From an uncultured Helicobacter sp. (GTDB lineage: Bacteria; Campylobacterota; Campylobacteria; Campylobacterales; UBA6016), in the NCBI GenBank assembly GCA_964630205.1, contig CAZVTM010000007.1:1-63381 (forward strand): DNA of 63,381 nucleotides. Reading direction: 5' to 3'. How positions within the stretch are numbered: position 1 is the stretch's first letter; the number at the start of each line of letters is the position of its first letter. Position numbers and translations under genes: made by a program. The notes under the pieces were generated by a model that worked only from the letters and a program-made list of their open reading frames with translations, was not told the DNA's origin and searched no databases. Of this stretch, positions 49,314-58,727 are shown in pieces.

Positions 49314-50600
49314 TTATTCAAAATTTATGACTATCATGCCGCAAAAATTTTCGCCTTTGTATATCTCTGCCCTGTATAGCTTGCCAGACTTATCAAGAGA
49401 ATAGTTTTTATCAAAAGCGGTTTTTGCAACCTCTATGCCGCTTTCGTTATCCACGCCTTTTTTGCTATACCCTATCAGGTTTAGTCTATAACCTTGAGGT
49501 ACTGTTATTTTGGCGCTATTTTTTGTCTTTATATACGAGCCTATAGCCACTTTGGCGTTTTTCCCGTCAGCCGTTACGTCTGCCTCCTTGAGTGAATCGT
49601 CAAACGTGTACGTTTGCGTTGACAGGGATGTTATTTTTATATTTCCATTGTAGATATCGTAACCGTTTTTGCTTTTGGCGGCAGCCACTATAGGGTTTTG
49701 GCTTTTATAGGTCACCCCTTTTGTGTCGACCGGAAAGTATTTTATTGATGGGCGTAAGTCGCCTAGCGGAAGTTTTATTTTTAGCGGCGGTATTTCTATA
49801 TCGCCGTAATCTTTTAAAAGCTTTGCAACCTCTTTTTGATTTAACTCAAAATCCCTTTTGTATTTTATATTCATTATCTGCATAAACTCTTCAAAGCTTT
49901 TTAGCTGATAAAGGACTTTTGTAGGTAGGTCGGAGATATTTTTACTAGTTTCTACGGCAAATGCCGGTTTTTTGTTTTTGATAGCAAAGTAAGTCAGACT
50001 TTGCCTCATAGCTTCGTCTTTGTCTTTTGTTTCGGTGTTTTTGACGTTAAATTCGTGGACATCCTCTTGTAATACAACCCTATTTTTTTGAGCAACTTTT
50101 GATGCTATTTCATCTAGTTTGCCGTATTTGGTTCCTGCAAGCGCTTGTTGATCTATAATAAAAGCCTGCCCCCATGCCTTTGGATTGAATAGGTTGTTTT
50201 TGTGCTCTTTCCTATAAAATCCATGCCCATCATGCAGATTTAGTATCAAATCTACTTTTGGTTCCAAAATAAGCTTTTTAATGTCGGCTACTATCTGCTT
50301 ATCTTTGTCGTCGTTTTTGATTACGGCGAATTTGCGGTTCATATCTCCGTAAATGCCACGTTGGTTTTGAGTGATGCTGTCGAAGTTTAGATTTGGGACA
50401 ACCCAGACGTTGCCATCAATAATTTTGTAGTGATTTATGAAAAGTGCAGAAGCGAAATAGCTACTTGGTTCATTTCCGTGGATACCGCCTATGATGAATA
50501 GCGTATCCCCTTTGCCGCTCTCCATTTTGTGTAGCGTGAAGTGTAGGTTGGCGGCGTTAAGCGAGAGTGCCACTAAAGCGGCAATAAGAAACTTTTTCAA
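49314..50600 (-). CDS. pgp1: M99-family peptidoglycan DL-carboxypeptidase (Pgp1/Csd4-like)
   Basis: Signal peptide, GGIHGNEP, VPNLNFDSI, GDMNRKFA, LNLHDGHG, AFAVETSK; C-terminal accessory domains. Confidence 0.85.
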   Translation of the reverse strand: MKKFLIAALVALSLNAANLHFTLHKMESGKGDTLFIIGGIHGNEPSSYFASALFINHYKIIDGNVWVVPNLNFDSITQNQRGIYGDMNRKFAVIKNDDKDKQIVADIKKLILEPKVDLILNLHDGHGFYRKEHKNNLFNPKAWGQAFIIDQQALAGTKYGKLDEIASKVAQKNRVVLQEDVHEFNVKNTETKDKDEAMRQSLTYFAIKNKKPAFAVETSKNISDLPTKVLYQLKSFEEFMQIMNIKYKRDFELNQKEVAKLLKDYGDIEIPPLKIKLPLGDLRPSIKYFPVDTKGVTYKSQNPIVAAAKSKNGYDIYNGNIKITSLSTQTYTFDDSLKEADVTADGKNAKVAIGSYIKTKNSAKITVPQGYRLNLIGYSKKGVDNESGIEVAKTAFDKNYSLDKSGKLYRAEIYKGENFCGMIVINFE

Positions 50601-50604
50601 AATA

Positions 50605-51570
50605 CTATCTTTCCGCCATTATGGTCATTTTGCCGTTTTCTACTTTTACGAATAAATCTTTTACGCCGTTAAATTTGTAAGAAGGAGCCCAATATTCTTC
50701 ATAAAATTTAACTTTGAAAATCTTTTCATTCTTGCTTGTCGGATTCGGTGTTACTTCAAACTCTCTAAATACTATTTTTTTTGCCTCTTTTTTTGCAAAA
50801 ATCCTCTGTTTGTAATTGCTAAACGCTTTTTTTTCCATTCCGTCAAATCTTCGGAAATTATTGTCATAGAAGTCTAGATAGCCATTGAGATCATTTCTTT
50901 CCCATGCCTTTTTCCATTGAAACATAGAAGAAAGTATGGTCGCTATATCGTCTTTTGATGTTTTTGGAAGCGGTTTGTCGTCTATGATAAGGACAGTTTT
51001 TTGGTATGTGATTTTTTTATCTAGGTTTAATAGATAGTCGTTGTTTACTACGACACACCCTCTTGTAGATGGCGTTCTATTGCCGTCAAGTGGCATACCG
51101 TGCAGCCAAATACCGTAACCGTCTTTTTTGTTTACTACGTCATATAGGTTTGGATAGTCGGTGGCAAATGCAAATGGACCATAAAGAGGCGGCAGTTTCT
51201 CTAGTTTGTTGACAAAATCGTAGGAGCCGGTCGGGGTTTTGTAATCGCCTCGCCTTTCTTTGTCCCCTTTTTGGCCGCCGACTCTAGCGGCTGATTTGTT
51301 TACTTGAACTAGCTTGTGGTCTTTGTAGGTATAAAGGGTAACTTCGGGCTTTGATTTGTCTGTTACGATGATGTATTTGTCGGTTTCGTAAAATCCAAGC
51401 GACGTATCGTAATTTTTTAGATAACCCTGCCAATAATCTTTTGTGGCAAGCTCTTTTTCTATTTCGGCAATGGCCGCATCGACCCCCTTTTTTCTATACA
51501 TTTCTATAATGTCGGGTGCGCCGAATGCAAACGAAGCTCCGCACAGTAAAATCAAACCCTTTTTAAGCAT
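50605..51570 (-). CDS. pgp2: L,D-transpeptidase-fold carboxypeptidase with C-terminal NTF2-like domain (Pgp2/Csd6-like)
   Basis: Signal peptide, GDYKTPTG, YGPFAFATDYPN, GIWLHG...TRGCV (His/Cys catalytic pair), WKKAWERNDLNGYLDFY. Confidence 0.85.
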   Translation of the reverse strand: MLKKGLILLCGASFAFGAPDIIEMYRKKGVDAAIAEIEKELATKDYWQGYLKNYDTSLGFYETDKYIIVTDKSKPEVTLYTYKDHKLVQVNKSAARVGGQKGDKERRGDYKTPTGSYDFVNKLEKLPPLYGPFAFATDYPNLYDVVNKKDGYGIWLHGMPLDGNRTPSTRGCVVVNNDYLLNLDKKITYQKTVLIIDDKPLPKTSKDDIATILSSMFQWKKAWERNDLNGYLDFYDNNFRRFDGMEKKAFSNYKQRIFAKKEAKKIVFREFEVTPNPTSKNEKIFKVKFYEEYWAPSYKFNGVKDLFVKVENGKMTIMAER

Positions 51571-51610
51571 AGACCAAAAACTCCGTAATATCTCATTTTT
51601 TAAAGCCGAA

Positions 51611-51666
51611 ATTATATTTAAAGCCGTTTAAAGCAACCGCCTCATTAATTTACTACGCAGTATAAT
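51611..51666. promoter_or_regulatory. Divergent -10 elements for pgp2 operon (-, 51611-51616) and PPIase-fba (+, 51661-51666)
   Basis: TATAAT on each strand in the 186-bp intergenic region. Confidence 0.5.
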
Positions 51667-51756
51667 CAAATTGTAGTTATAGGTAAGGGGTGGATGCAAC
51701 ATATCCGTCTTTTTTTGGCTGTATACTCCAACAAAAATATATAAGGATTTCATTTG

Positions 51757-52581
51757 ATGAAAAAGTTTCTTTTCTCTGTTTGTGCCGCCGCTGTTCTTGC
51801 GGGTAGCGTTTTGGCTGCTGAAACCGTGGCTACCGTTAACGACAAAAGCATAACAATGGACGATGTGAATGCGTTTTTGAGGGCTATTCCGGGGGCTAGT
51901 GATTATGCTTCTATGCCTAAAGAGGCAAAAGAAAAAGTAATTAACCAGCTAATAGACAATCAGCTTTTGCTTGAAGAGGCAATCAAAGAGGGCATCCAAG
52001 GGTCTGAAGAATACAAAAAAGAACTTGATAGAGTAAGTAGAGAATTAGCTCTTAATATCTGGCTAAGCAAACAATTTGACAAAGTTGCCGTAAGTGATGA
52101 AGAGGCAAAAAAATTCTACGATGCAAACGGAGAGAAATTCAATCAGCCTGAACTTTTTAACGCTAGACACATAATAGTAAAAACAGAAGCTGAGGCCTCT
52201 AAAATTCTAAAAGAGCTGCAAGCTACTCCTAAAGCCAAGCTTGAAGATGCCTTTGCTGCTGCGGCAGGCAAATACTCCATAGACGGGACAAAGGAAAACG
52301 GGGGAAGACTAGGATGGCTAGCGGAAGGTAGAATAGTAAAAGAGTTTTACTCTGCAGCAAAAACGTTAAAAAAGGGGGAGATGAGCAAAAAGCCAGTTAA
52401 AACGCAATTTGGATACCACATAATATTTATCTCAGACTATAAACCGGCCGGAAAAGTATCCTTTGAAGCCGCAAAAGAGCAAATCAAACAGCAAATTATA
52501 AAGCCTGAAAAATATAAAGATGCGATGATATCTAAAGCTAAGTCGTTAAGAGAAAAAGCAAAAGTAGAAATCAAGAAATAA
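51757..52581 (+). CDS. Periplasmic parvulin-type PPIase (PEB4/Cbf2-like)
   Basis: Signal peptide, ARHIIV, KYSID...GGRLGW, PVKTQFGYHII; directly upstream of fba as in C. jejuni. Confidence 0.88.
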   Translation: MKKFLFSVCAAAVLAGSVLAAETVATVNDKSITMDDVNAFLRAIPGASDYASMPKEAKEKVINQLIDNQLLLEEAIKEGIQGSEEYKKELDRVSRELALNIWLSKQFDKVAVSDEEAKKFYDANGEKFNQPELFNARHIIVKTEAEASKILKELQATPKAKLEDAFAAAAGKYSIDGTKENGGRLGWLAEGRIVKEFYSAAKTLKKGEMSKKPVKTQFGYHIIFISDYKPAGKVSFEAAKEQIKQQIIKPEKYKDAMISKAKSLREKAKVEIKK

Positions 52582-52593
52582 GGGGTAAGCCGT

Positions 52594-53670
52594 ATGTCGA
52601 AAGTATTTGATGTAGTAAAACCGGGCGTAGTGACCGGCGATGATGTAACAAAACTATTCAATCTTGCAAAAGAGAACGCCTTCGCTATACCTGCCGTAAA
52701 TTGCGTTGGAACCGATAGTATAAATGCCGTGCTCGAAGCTGCTGCAGCGGTAAAGTCGCCTGTAATAGTTCAGTTTAGCAACGGCGGCGGTATCTTTATC
52801 GCCGGTAAGGGGTTAAAAAACGAAAACGAAAAAGCGGCAATACTCGGTTCAATATCGGGTGCTCTACATATACACAATGTTGCCGAAGCATATGGTGTGC
52901 CTGTAATCATACATACCGATCATGCGGCAAAAAAACTTCTTCCTTGGATAGACGGACTACTAGATGCGAGTGAAAAATATTTTGCCGAGCACGGTAAACC
53001 GCTGTTTTCATCGCATATGCTTGATCTCTCTGAAGAGCCTTTGGAAGAAAATATAGAAATATGCGAAAAATACCTAACTCGTATGAGCAAAATGGGTATG
53101 ACGCTTGAGATAGAGCTTGGCTGCACGGGTGGCGAAGAGGATGGCGTGGATAATACGAATATCGACAATTCAAAATTATACACTCAGCCTGAAGATGTGG
53201 ACTACGCGTATGAAAAGCTTTCAGCAATAAGCCCTAACTTCACCATTGCGGCGTCGTTTGGAAATGTGCATGGCGTATATGCCCCTGGCAATGTCAAGCT
53301 AAGTCCTGCGATTTTGGATAACTCTCAAAAATACATCAGCCAAAAAAGAGGGCTAGGCGCAAAACCGGTAAACTTCGTATTTCACGGCGGTAGTGGCTCA
53401 GACCCGAAAGACATCAAAGACGCTATCGGATACGGCGTTATCAAAATGAATATCGACACAGATACGCAGTGGGCATTTTGGGATGGTATAAGGGCTTATG
53501 AAGCCAAAAACCATGATTATCTGCAAGGACAAATAGGTAATCCTGAAGGTGCAGAGAAACCTAACAAAAAATACTATGATCCGCGTGTCATAATAAGAGA
53601 GGGTCAAAAAAGTATGGTAGAGAGGCTAAAACAAGCATTCTCAGACCTAAACTGCATAGAGCGAAACTAA
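52594..53670 (+). CDS. fba: Class II fructose-bisphosphate aldolase
   Basis: IHTDHAAKKLLPW, SSHMLDLS, FGNVHGVY, VFHGGSG, KMNIDTDTQ. Confidence 0.97.
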   Translation: MSKVFDVVKPGVVTGDDVTKLFNLAKENAFAIPAVNCVGTDSINAVLEAAAAVKSPVIVQFSNGGGIFIAGKGLKNENEKAAILGSISGALHIHNVAEAYGVPVIIHTDHAAKKLLPWIDGLLDASEKYFAEHGKPLFSSHMLDLSEEPLEENIEICEKYLTRMSKMGMTLEIELGCTGGEEDGVDNTNIDNSKLYTQPEDVDYAYEKLSAISPNFTIAASFGNVHGVYAPGNVKLSPAILDNSQKYISQKRGLGAKPVNFVFHGGSGSDPKDIKDAIGYGVIKMNIDTDTQWAFWDGIRAYEAKNHDYLQGQIGNPEGAEKPNKKYYDPRVIIREGQKSMVERLKQAFSDLNCIERN

Positions 53671-53677
53671 AATCCGC

Positions 53678-53697
53678 AAGCCCCGATGGGGCTTTTT
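53678..53697 (+). terminator. Intrinsic terminator after fba
   Basis: AAGCCCC-GAT-GGGGCTT with a TTTTT tract. Confidence 0.75.
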
Positions 53698-53754
53698 CTA
53701 CTTTCTACTTTTACGCTATAATTCCACAAAATTAAACATTTAGAGCAATTTGAG

Positions 53755-55056
53755 ATGATTAAAATAGTAAAAACTACAGACAAAGACTTCAAAGAACAGT
53801 TGCAAGCTACCCTACATAGGGGCGAGACGCAAGGCGAAAAAGTAGAAGCGATAGTAAAATCTATCATAGCCGATGTTAAAAGAGATAAAGACAAAGCTCT
53901 TACTGATGCGGTGGCGAAGTTTGACGGTTGGAGGCCAAAAAGCGGCGCAGAACTTGCCGTAAATGAGGCTGACATGAAAGCGGCGTACGACGCTCTTGAG
54001 CCTAAACTAAAAGAGGCACTACACACGGCATACGGCAGAATAGCGGTGTATCACAAAGAGCTAAAACCAAAAAGTTGGATAACAACGGAAGCAAACGGCA
54101 CGATACTTGGTCAAAAAGTGACCCCGGTAGATAGGGCTGGGCTATATATTCCCGGTGGCAAAGCCGTGTATCCTAGTTCGCTACTTATGAACGCAATTCC
54201 CGCGATAGTGGCCGGCGTAGAGGAGATAGTGGTATGCACCCCAACCCCTGGTGGCGAGCCAAATCCTCTCCTAATGGCGGCGGCGCACCTATGCGGTATC
54301 AAAAAAATGTACAAAATAGGAGGCGCTAGTGCAGTGGCGGCAATGGCTTACGGCACTGAGACGATAGGTAGGGTAGATGTTATTACGGGGCCGGGCAATA
54401 TCTTTGTGGCGACCGCTAAAAAGTTGGTATTTGGGGATGTAAATATCGACATGATAGCGGGTCCTAGCGAGATAGGCATCCTCGCTGACGAGAGCGCAAA
54501 TCCCTCTTGGCTTGCAGTGGATATGCTCTCTCAGGCGGAACACGACGAGCTTGCTGGCTCATATCTTGTAACGACAAGCGAAAAAATTGCAAACGACACC
54601 GCAAAAGAGATAGAGAGATATCTGCGTGAGCTGCCTCGTAACGAGATAAGCTCGGTGTCTATTGCGAATAACGGCATTATCGTAGTGTGTGAGGATATGA
54701 AAGAGGCGATAGATATTATGAATGATATAGCGCCTGAGCACCTTGAGGTATGCGTGACGAATGCGCTGGAATTTCTCCCTTTTATCAAACACGCCGGAGC
54801 GATATTTCTAGGGCATTATACTCCGGAGGCGATAGGTGATTATATGGCGGGACCGAACCATACTTTGCCGACCGGTGCTAGTGCGAGATTTTTCTCGCCG
54901 CTATCTACTGAACATTTTATGAAAAAATCGTCAATTATTTCGTTTTCAAAAGAGGCGATAAAAGAGCTTGGTGTGCAGTGTGCGACGATTGCGGATGTGG
55001 AGGGGCTTTTTGCTCACAAGGAGAGCGTGTTGGCAAGGGTAAACGGGGAGCTATAA
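53755..55056 (+). CDS. hisD: Histidinol dehydrogenase
   Basis: YIPGGKAVYPSS, GPGNIFVATAK, IDMIAGPSE, SQAEHD, APEHLE, GDYMAGPNHTLPT; TATAAT at 53717-53722. Confidence 0.97.
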   Translation: MIKIVKTTDKDFKEQLQATLHRGETQGEKVEAIVKSIIADVKRDKDKALTDAVAKFDGWRPKSGAELAVNEADMKAAYDALEPKLKEALHTAYGRIAVYHKELKPKSWITTEANGTILGQKVTPVDRAGLYIPGGKAVYPSSLLMNAIPAIVAGVEEIVVCTPTPGGEPNPLLMAAAHLCGIKKMYKIGGASAVAAMAYGTETIGRVDVITGPGNIFVATAKKLVFGDVNIDMIAGPSEIGILADESANPSWLAVDMLSQAEHDELAGSYLVTTSEKIANDTAKEIERYLRELPRNEISSVSIANNGIIVVCEDMKEAIDIMNDIAPEHLEVCVTNALEFLPFIKHAGAIFLGHYTPEAIGDYMAGPNHTLPTGASARFFSPLSTEHFMKKSSIISFSKEAIKELGVQCATIADVEGLFAHKESVLARVNGEL

Positions 55057-55073
55057 AACCCCCCCTGTAGGTT

Positions 55074-55595
55074 TTAGTATAGCCCTATTTTTCCATCTTT
55101 TCTTCTGTACATAACCCTTGTTTTTTTGGCCTTGTCTTCAAAAATCATAAACATGCAACCCTTCATTTTGAATACTTCAAGGGCTTCATCTATCTCAACA
55201 GGTTTGTCTATATCGAGCTCTGCCGGAACTATCTCATCCTCGTCTTCTTCAGCCTCAAAAGCTACAAGCGGGACTGACATTTTGGCGTGCGCTTTATGAC
55301 TAGATACTTTATCGTGGTGACGTCTTAGGACTTTTTTTGCTCTCTCCTCGGCGAGATCCACGGCCGCATAAAGATCTTTATCTAGCTGTTTGATAACAAC
55401 AGTATCTTTGCCGGCAAGCTGGATGATAAATTCTATGCTAAATCCTTTTTTACCGTTTTTGTCGGCGCTGGAAACGATAGCCTTAACCGCAATAACATCT
55501 AAGTGGAACTTGTCAAACGAAGATATCTTGTCTTCGATATGCGCCCTGATGGCGTCGGTCATTTCTATTTGTTTTGCAACTATACTTAGATTCAT
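55074..55595 (-). CDS. hpf: Ribosome hibernation promoting factor, long form
   Basis: EMTDAIRAHIEDKI, DLYAAVD...LRRHHDK, plus a C-terminal domain ending MYRRKDGKIGL. Confidence 0.9.
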   Translation of the reverse strand: MNLSIVAKQIEMTDAIRAHIEDKISSFDKFHLDVIAVKAIVSSADKNGKKGFSIEFIIQLAGKDTVVIKQLDKDLYAAVDLAEERAKKVLRRHHDKVSSHKAHAKMSVPLVAFEAEEDEDEIVPAELDIDKPVEIDEALEVFKMKGCMFMIFEDKAKKTRVMYRRKDGKIGLY

Positions 55596-55682
55596 TGGGT
55601 CCCCCTAATATACGAAAGTATAGGTATTGTAGCCCTCATATATTAAAAAATGTTTAAAATTTTGGAAGTTTTTTGTAGTTTT

Positions 55683-55701
55683 GCCCCCAAAAGTCGGGGG
55701 C
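55683..55701. terminator. GC hairpin downstream of nuoN (possible end of the nuo transcript)
   Basis: GCCCCC-AAAAGTC-GGGGGC; no U tract in the nuo (minus) direction. Confidence 0.4.
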
Positions 55702-55710
55702 TGGAGGAAA

Positions 55711-57192
55711 TTAGAAACCTGAACTTTTCAGAATAGCACCGTAACCGTTGAGAATATCGTTTACGATAAAGATAGAGAATACCGAGAAGAATGCGGCTAT
55801 CGCCAGTATAAATTTGAACGGCATTGTTGCATTGTGCATGTATATTGTTCTGTTGGCATATGACGGCTCTCTAAGGAACATATAAACAATAAGCTTGATA
55901 TAGTAGTACACCGCTATCGCACTGTTAAGCACCATAACAAGCGCCAATCCTATATATCCTGCAGACATTGCCGCGCTAATCAAATAAAACTTACCCCAAA
56001 ATAAAGCAAACGGAGGCACCCCTGCAAGGCTTAGCATAAAAATCGCCATAATTACTGCAGGAATAGGAGCTATATGTACCATGCCGCTAAATTTTGTGTA
56101 CGGGTGGTCAAATCTGTTGTGGAATATCTTGCTTTTATGCCTTGAAATCCATAACATCGTAAATGCGCCAAGGTTGGCAAACATAAATAGAGTCCAGTAC
56201 ATAAATAAAGCGGTATTTGCTTCATTCGTGGCTACAAGTATCGCAACAAGACCGAAGCCGGCGTGGCTAATGGAGCTAAACGCTAGCATTCTTTTTACCG
56301 ACTCTTGAACAAGAGCAAGGATGTTACCTATCGTCATTGTGGCAACCGCCGCTATCCATAGCATGGTTTTGACCCACTCTAGGTCTGATGCTACCAAAAA
56401 CTCGAATATTCTGATTGCTATAACGAATGCAGCAATTTTTGGAACTATGGACATATATCCGGCAAGAGGTGCACTAGCTCCTTCGTAAACGTCTGGCGTC
56501 CAGGTATGCAACGGAACCATGGAGAGTTTAAACCCGATAGCGCCCATCATGAAGGCTAGAGATATTAAAAGAACTTCAAAGTTTTTTGTCCCCATGCTTT
56601 CAAGAGCAAAGAATGACTTTTCAAGTTCGACGCTTCCCGTCGCAAGATAAAATAAGGCGCCGCCGAACGCAAAAAAGCCCGCAGCCAAGGCACCCATAGT
56701 GAAGTACTTTATCGCAGCCTCTATAGATCTGTCTCTGTTGTGCATAGCAATAATCGTATAGAGTGCGAGAGATGCCGCCTCAAGCGCTATAAACATAAGG
56801 ATAATATTGTCTGTCGATACCATTACCTGGAAGCTTGAAAGCATAAACAAGAATAGGGCAAAAAACTCAGAGTACTCAAACTCGTGAAACCTATGAGATG
56901 TAAGAGAGAGAGGCAAAAATAGCGCAGATGCTATAAGTATAATTGCTTGTCCTATTATAGCAACGCCGTCTATCGATATTACACCAAAGAAACCGACCTG
57001 ATTTATCCCTGAATCAAGCAAAACCACAAGCGATAGCAGTACTATTGCAACCGAAAACATGGTGTTAAAAATCTTTGTCGTAGGCCTGATAAGATCTATC
57101 ACCAGCAACAAAAGGGCACCTATCGTGGTAATAAATACCGGATAGAGCGTAGGCAGATTGAGGTCTGCGAAATTTATAGAAATAGGCGTCAT
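55711..57192 (-). CDS. nuoN: NADH-quinone oxidoreductase subunit N
   Basis: EAAIKYF, GFKLSMVPLHTWTPDVYEGA, KRMLAFSSISHAG, PPFALFWGK. Confidence 0.96.
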   Translation of the reverse strand: MTPISINFADLNLPTLYPVFITTIGALLLLVIDLIRPTTKIFNTMFSVAIVLLSLVVLLDSGINQVGFFGVISIDGVAIIGQAIILIASALFLPLSLTSHRFHEFEYSEFFALFLFMLSSFQVMVSTDNIILMFIALEAASLALYTIIAMHNRDRSIEAAIKYFTMGALAAGFFAFGGALFYLATGSVELEKSFFALESMGTKNFEVLLISLAFMMGAIGFKLSMVPLHTWTPDVYEGASAPLAGYMSIVPKIAAFVIAIRIFEFLVASDLEWVKTMLWIAAVATMTIGNILALVQESVKRMLAFSSISHAGFGLVAILVATNEANTALFMYWTLFMFANLGAFTMLWISRHKSKIFHNRFDHPYTKFSGMVHIAPIPAVIMAIFMLSLAGVPPFALFWGKFYLISAAMSAGYIGLALVMVLNSAIAVYYYIKLIVYMFLREPSYANRTIYMHNATMPFKFILAIAAFFSVFSIFIVNDILNGYGAILKSSGF

Positions 57193-58718
57193 TTCGCACC
57201 TCCTACGATTGATTTGTAGTCTAAGATACTGAGTTTTGCATCAAAAGTTTGTGATTTTTTGAACATTAGTTCAACAAGTTTTTTTGCGCTTGTTTCCGCC
57301 GGCTCCAAAATAGGTTTTGGATAAATACCCAATATAATCACTAGAAGCGTTAATGGAATAAGCCCTGCGAGCTCTCTTTTTGTCAAGTCTTTTAGTTCAA
57401 ATATTTTTTGGTTTGTAACTTGCCCAAAGAAAGATTTTCTAAAGACATTTAGCATGTATATTGCGCCGAGAATTATCGTAGTTCCGGCAATTAGCGTCAA
57501 GATAGGCGATACTTTGAAAAAGCCTAGAAGCGCCAAAAATTCGCCGACAAAACCGATAGTAAGTGGAAGGCCGACAGAGCCCATAAGTACGATACCGAAT
57601 ATTACGCCGTATTTTGGCATTACGCTTGTGATGCCGCCAAACTCGCTCATCTCTTTGGTGTGCAACCTCTCGTATATGACCCCTACGAGCATGAACAGCG
57701 CACCCGATACGATACCATGGCTAATCATTAAAAATACGGAACCTGCTATACCCTCTACATTTAGGGCAAACATACCGAGCATAATAACGCCCATGTGTGA
57801 AACGGAGCTATACGCTACGACTTGCTTCATATCACTTTGAGCGAAAGCTATCATGGCAGTATAGACTACCATGATAAGAGAAAGTATCGCAATTGGAGTC
57901 ACAAAGTATAGGGTTGCATCCGGCATGATAGGGAAGTTAAGTCGCAGGAAGCCGTATGTACCCATTTTGAGTAGTACTGCCGCAAGTATGACCGAACCTA
58001 CCGTAGGGGCTTGACCGTGCGCATACGGGAGCCATGTATGAAAAGGGAACATAGGCACTTTGACCGCAAGACCGGCAAAAAACGCAAGGAATACCCAAAT
58101 TTGAACATCCATAGGGAGGATAAGCAGATGCCAGTCTGGAAGCGCAAAGCTCCATACTCCTGTTGCTTCGTGAAATGCGTATCCAAGATAGATAACACCT
58201 AGAAACATGATAAGGGAGCCGGTGAATGTATATAGGAAAAACTTGACGGCAGCATATACCCTTTTGTGCGAGCCCCATGAGCCGATGATATACAGCATAG
58301 GTACCAGTGAAAGCTCAAAGAATACATAAAACACTATGGCGTCAAGAGCGATAAAGAAGCCTACCATTGTTACTTCCATAAAGAGGAGCGTAATAATGAG
58401 GTTTTTCATGTTTTTTAGCTCTTCCAAGGCAACTATCGCTATAAAAGATATAAATGTCGATAGCGCGAGGAGATAAACAGAGAAACCGTCTATTCCAACA
58501 TAGTAAAATATGCCGTAATCAGGTATCAGCGGCAGCTTTTCTGTAAATTGAAAGCCAGGATTTTTCGGATCAAAGCCAAGCAGTACGGGAATTGTAAGCA
58601 AAAACTCCAACCCCGTTACGGCTATACCGAAAGTTTTTATATTCTGCTTTGAGACAAATGCCCCGACTACTGCGGCGAGAGCCGGAAACAATAGTAGCAA
58701 CGATAAGATATTTTCCAT
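57189..58718 (-). CDS. nuoM: NADH-quinone oxidoreductase subunit M
   Basis: AVKVPMFPFHTWLPYAHGQAP, LLKMGTYG, AYSSVSHMG, QMI-equivalent SHGIVSGALF. Confidence 0.96.
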   Translation of the reverse strand: MENILSLLLLFPALAAVVGAFVSKQNIKTFGIAVTGLEFLLTIPVLLGFDPKNPGFQFTEKLPLIPDYGIFYYVGIDGFSVYLLALSTFISFIAIVALEELKNMKNLIITLLFMEVTMVGFFIALDAIVFYVFFELSLVPMLYIIGSWGSHKRVYAAVKFFLYTFTGSLIMFLGVIYLGYAFHEATGVWSFALPDWHLLILPMDVQIWVFLAFFAGLAVKVPMFPFHTWLPYAHGQAPTVGSVILAAVLLKMGTYGFLRLNFPIMPDATLYFVTPIAILSLIMVVYTAMIAFAQSDMKQVVAYSSVSHMGVIMLGMFALNVEGIAGSVFLMISHGIVSGALFMLVGVIYERLHTKEMSEFGGITSVMPKYGVIFGIVLMGSVGLPLTIGFVGEFLALLGFFKVSPILTLIAGTTIILGAIYMLNVFRKSFFGQVTNQKIFELKDLTKRELAGLIPLTLLVIILGIYPKPILEPAETSAKKLVELMFKKSQTFDAKLSILDYKSIVGGAK

Positions 58719-58727
58719 CTGCTCTCC

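Noticed and set aside
55059-55065. C7 homopolymer as a phase-variation tract
   Set aside because: Shorter than typical Campylobacterota contingency G/C tracts and located between two convergent stop codons.
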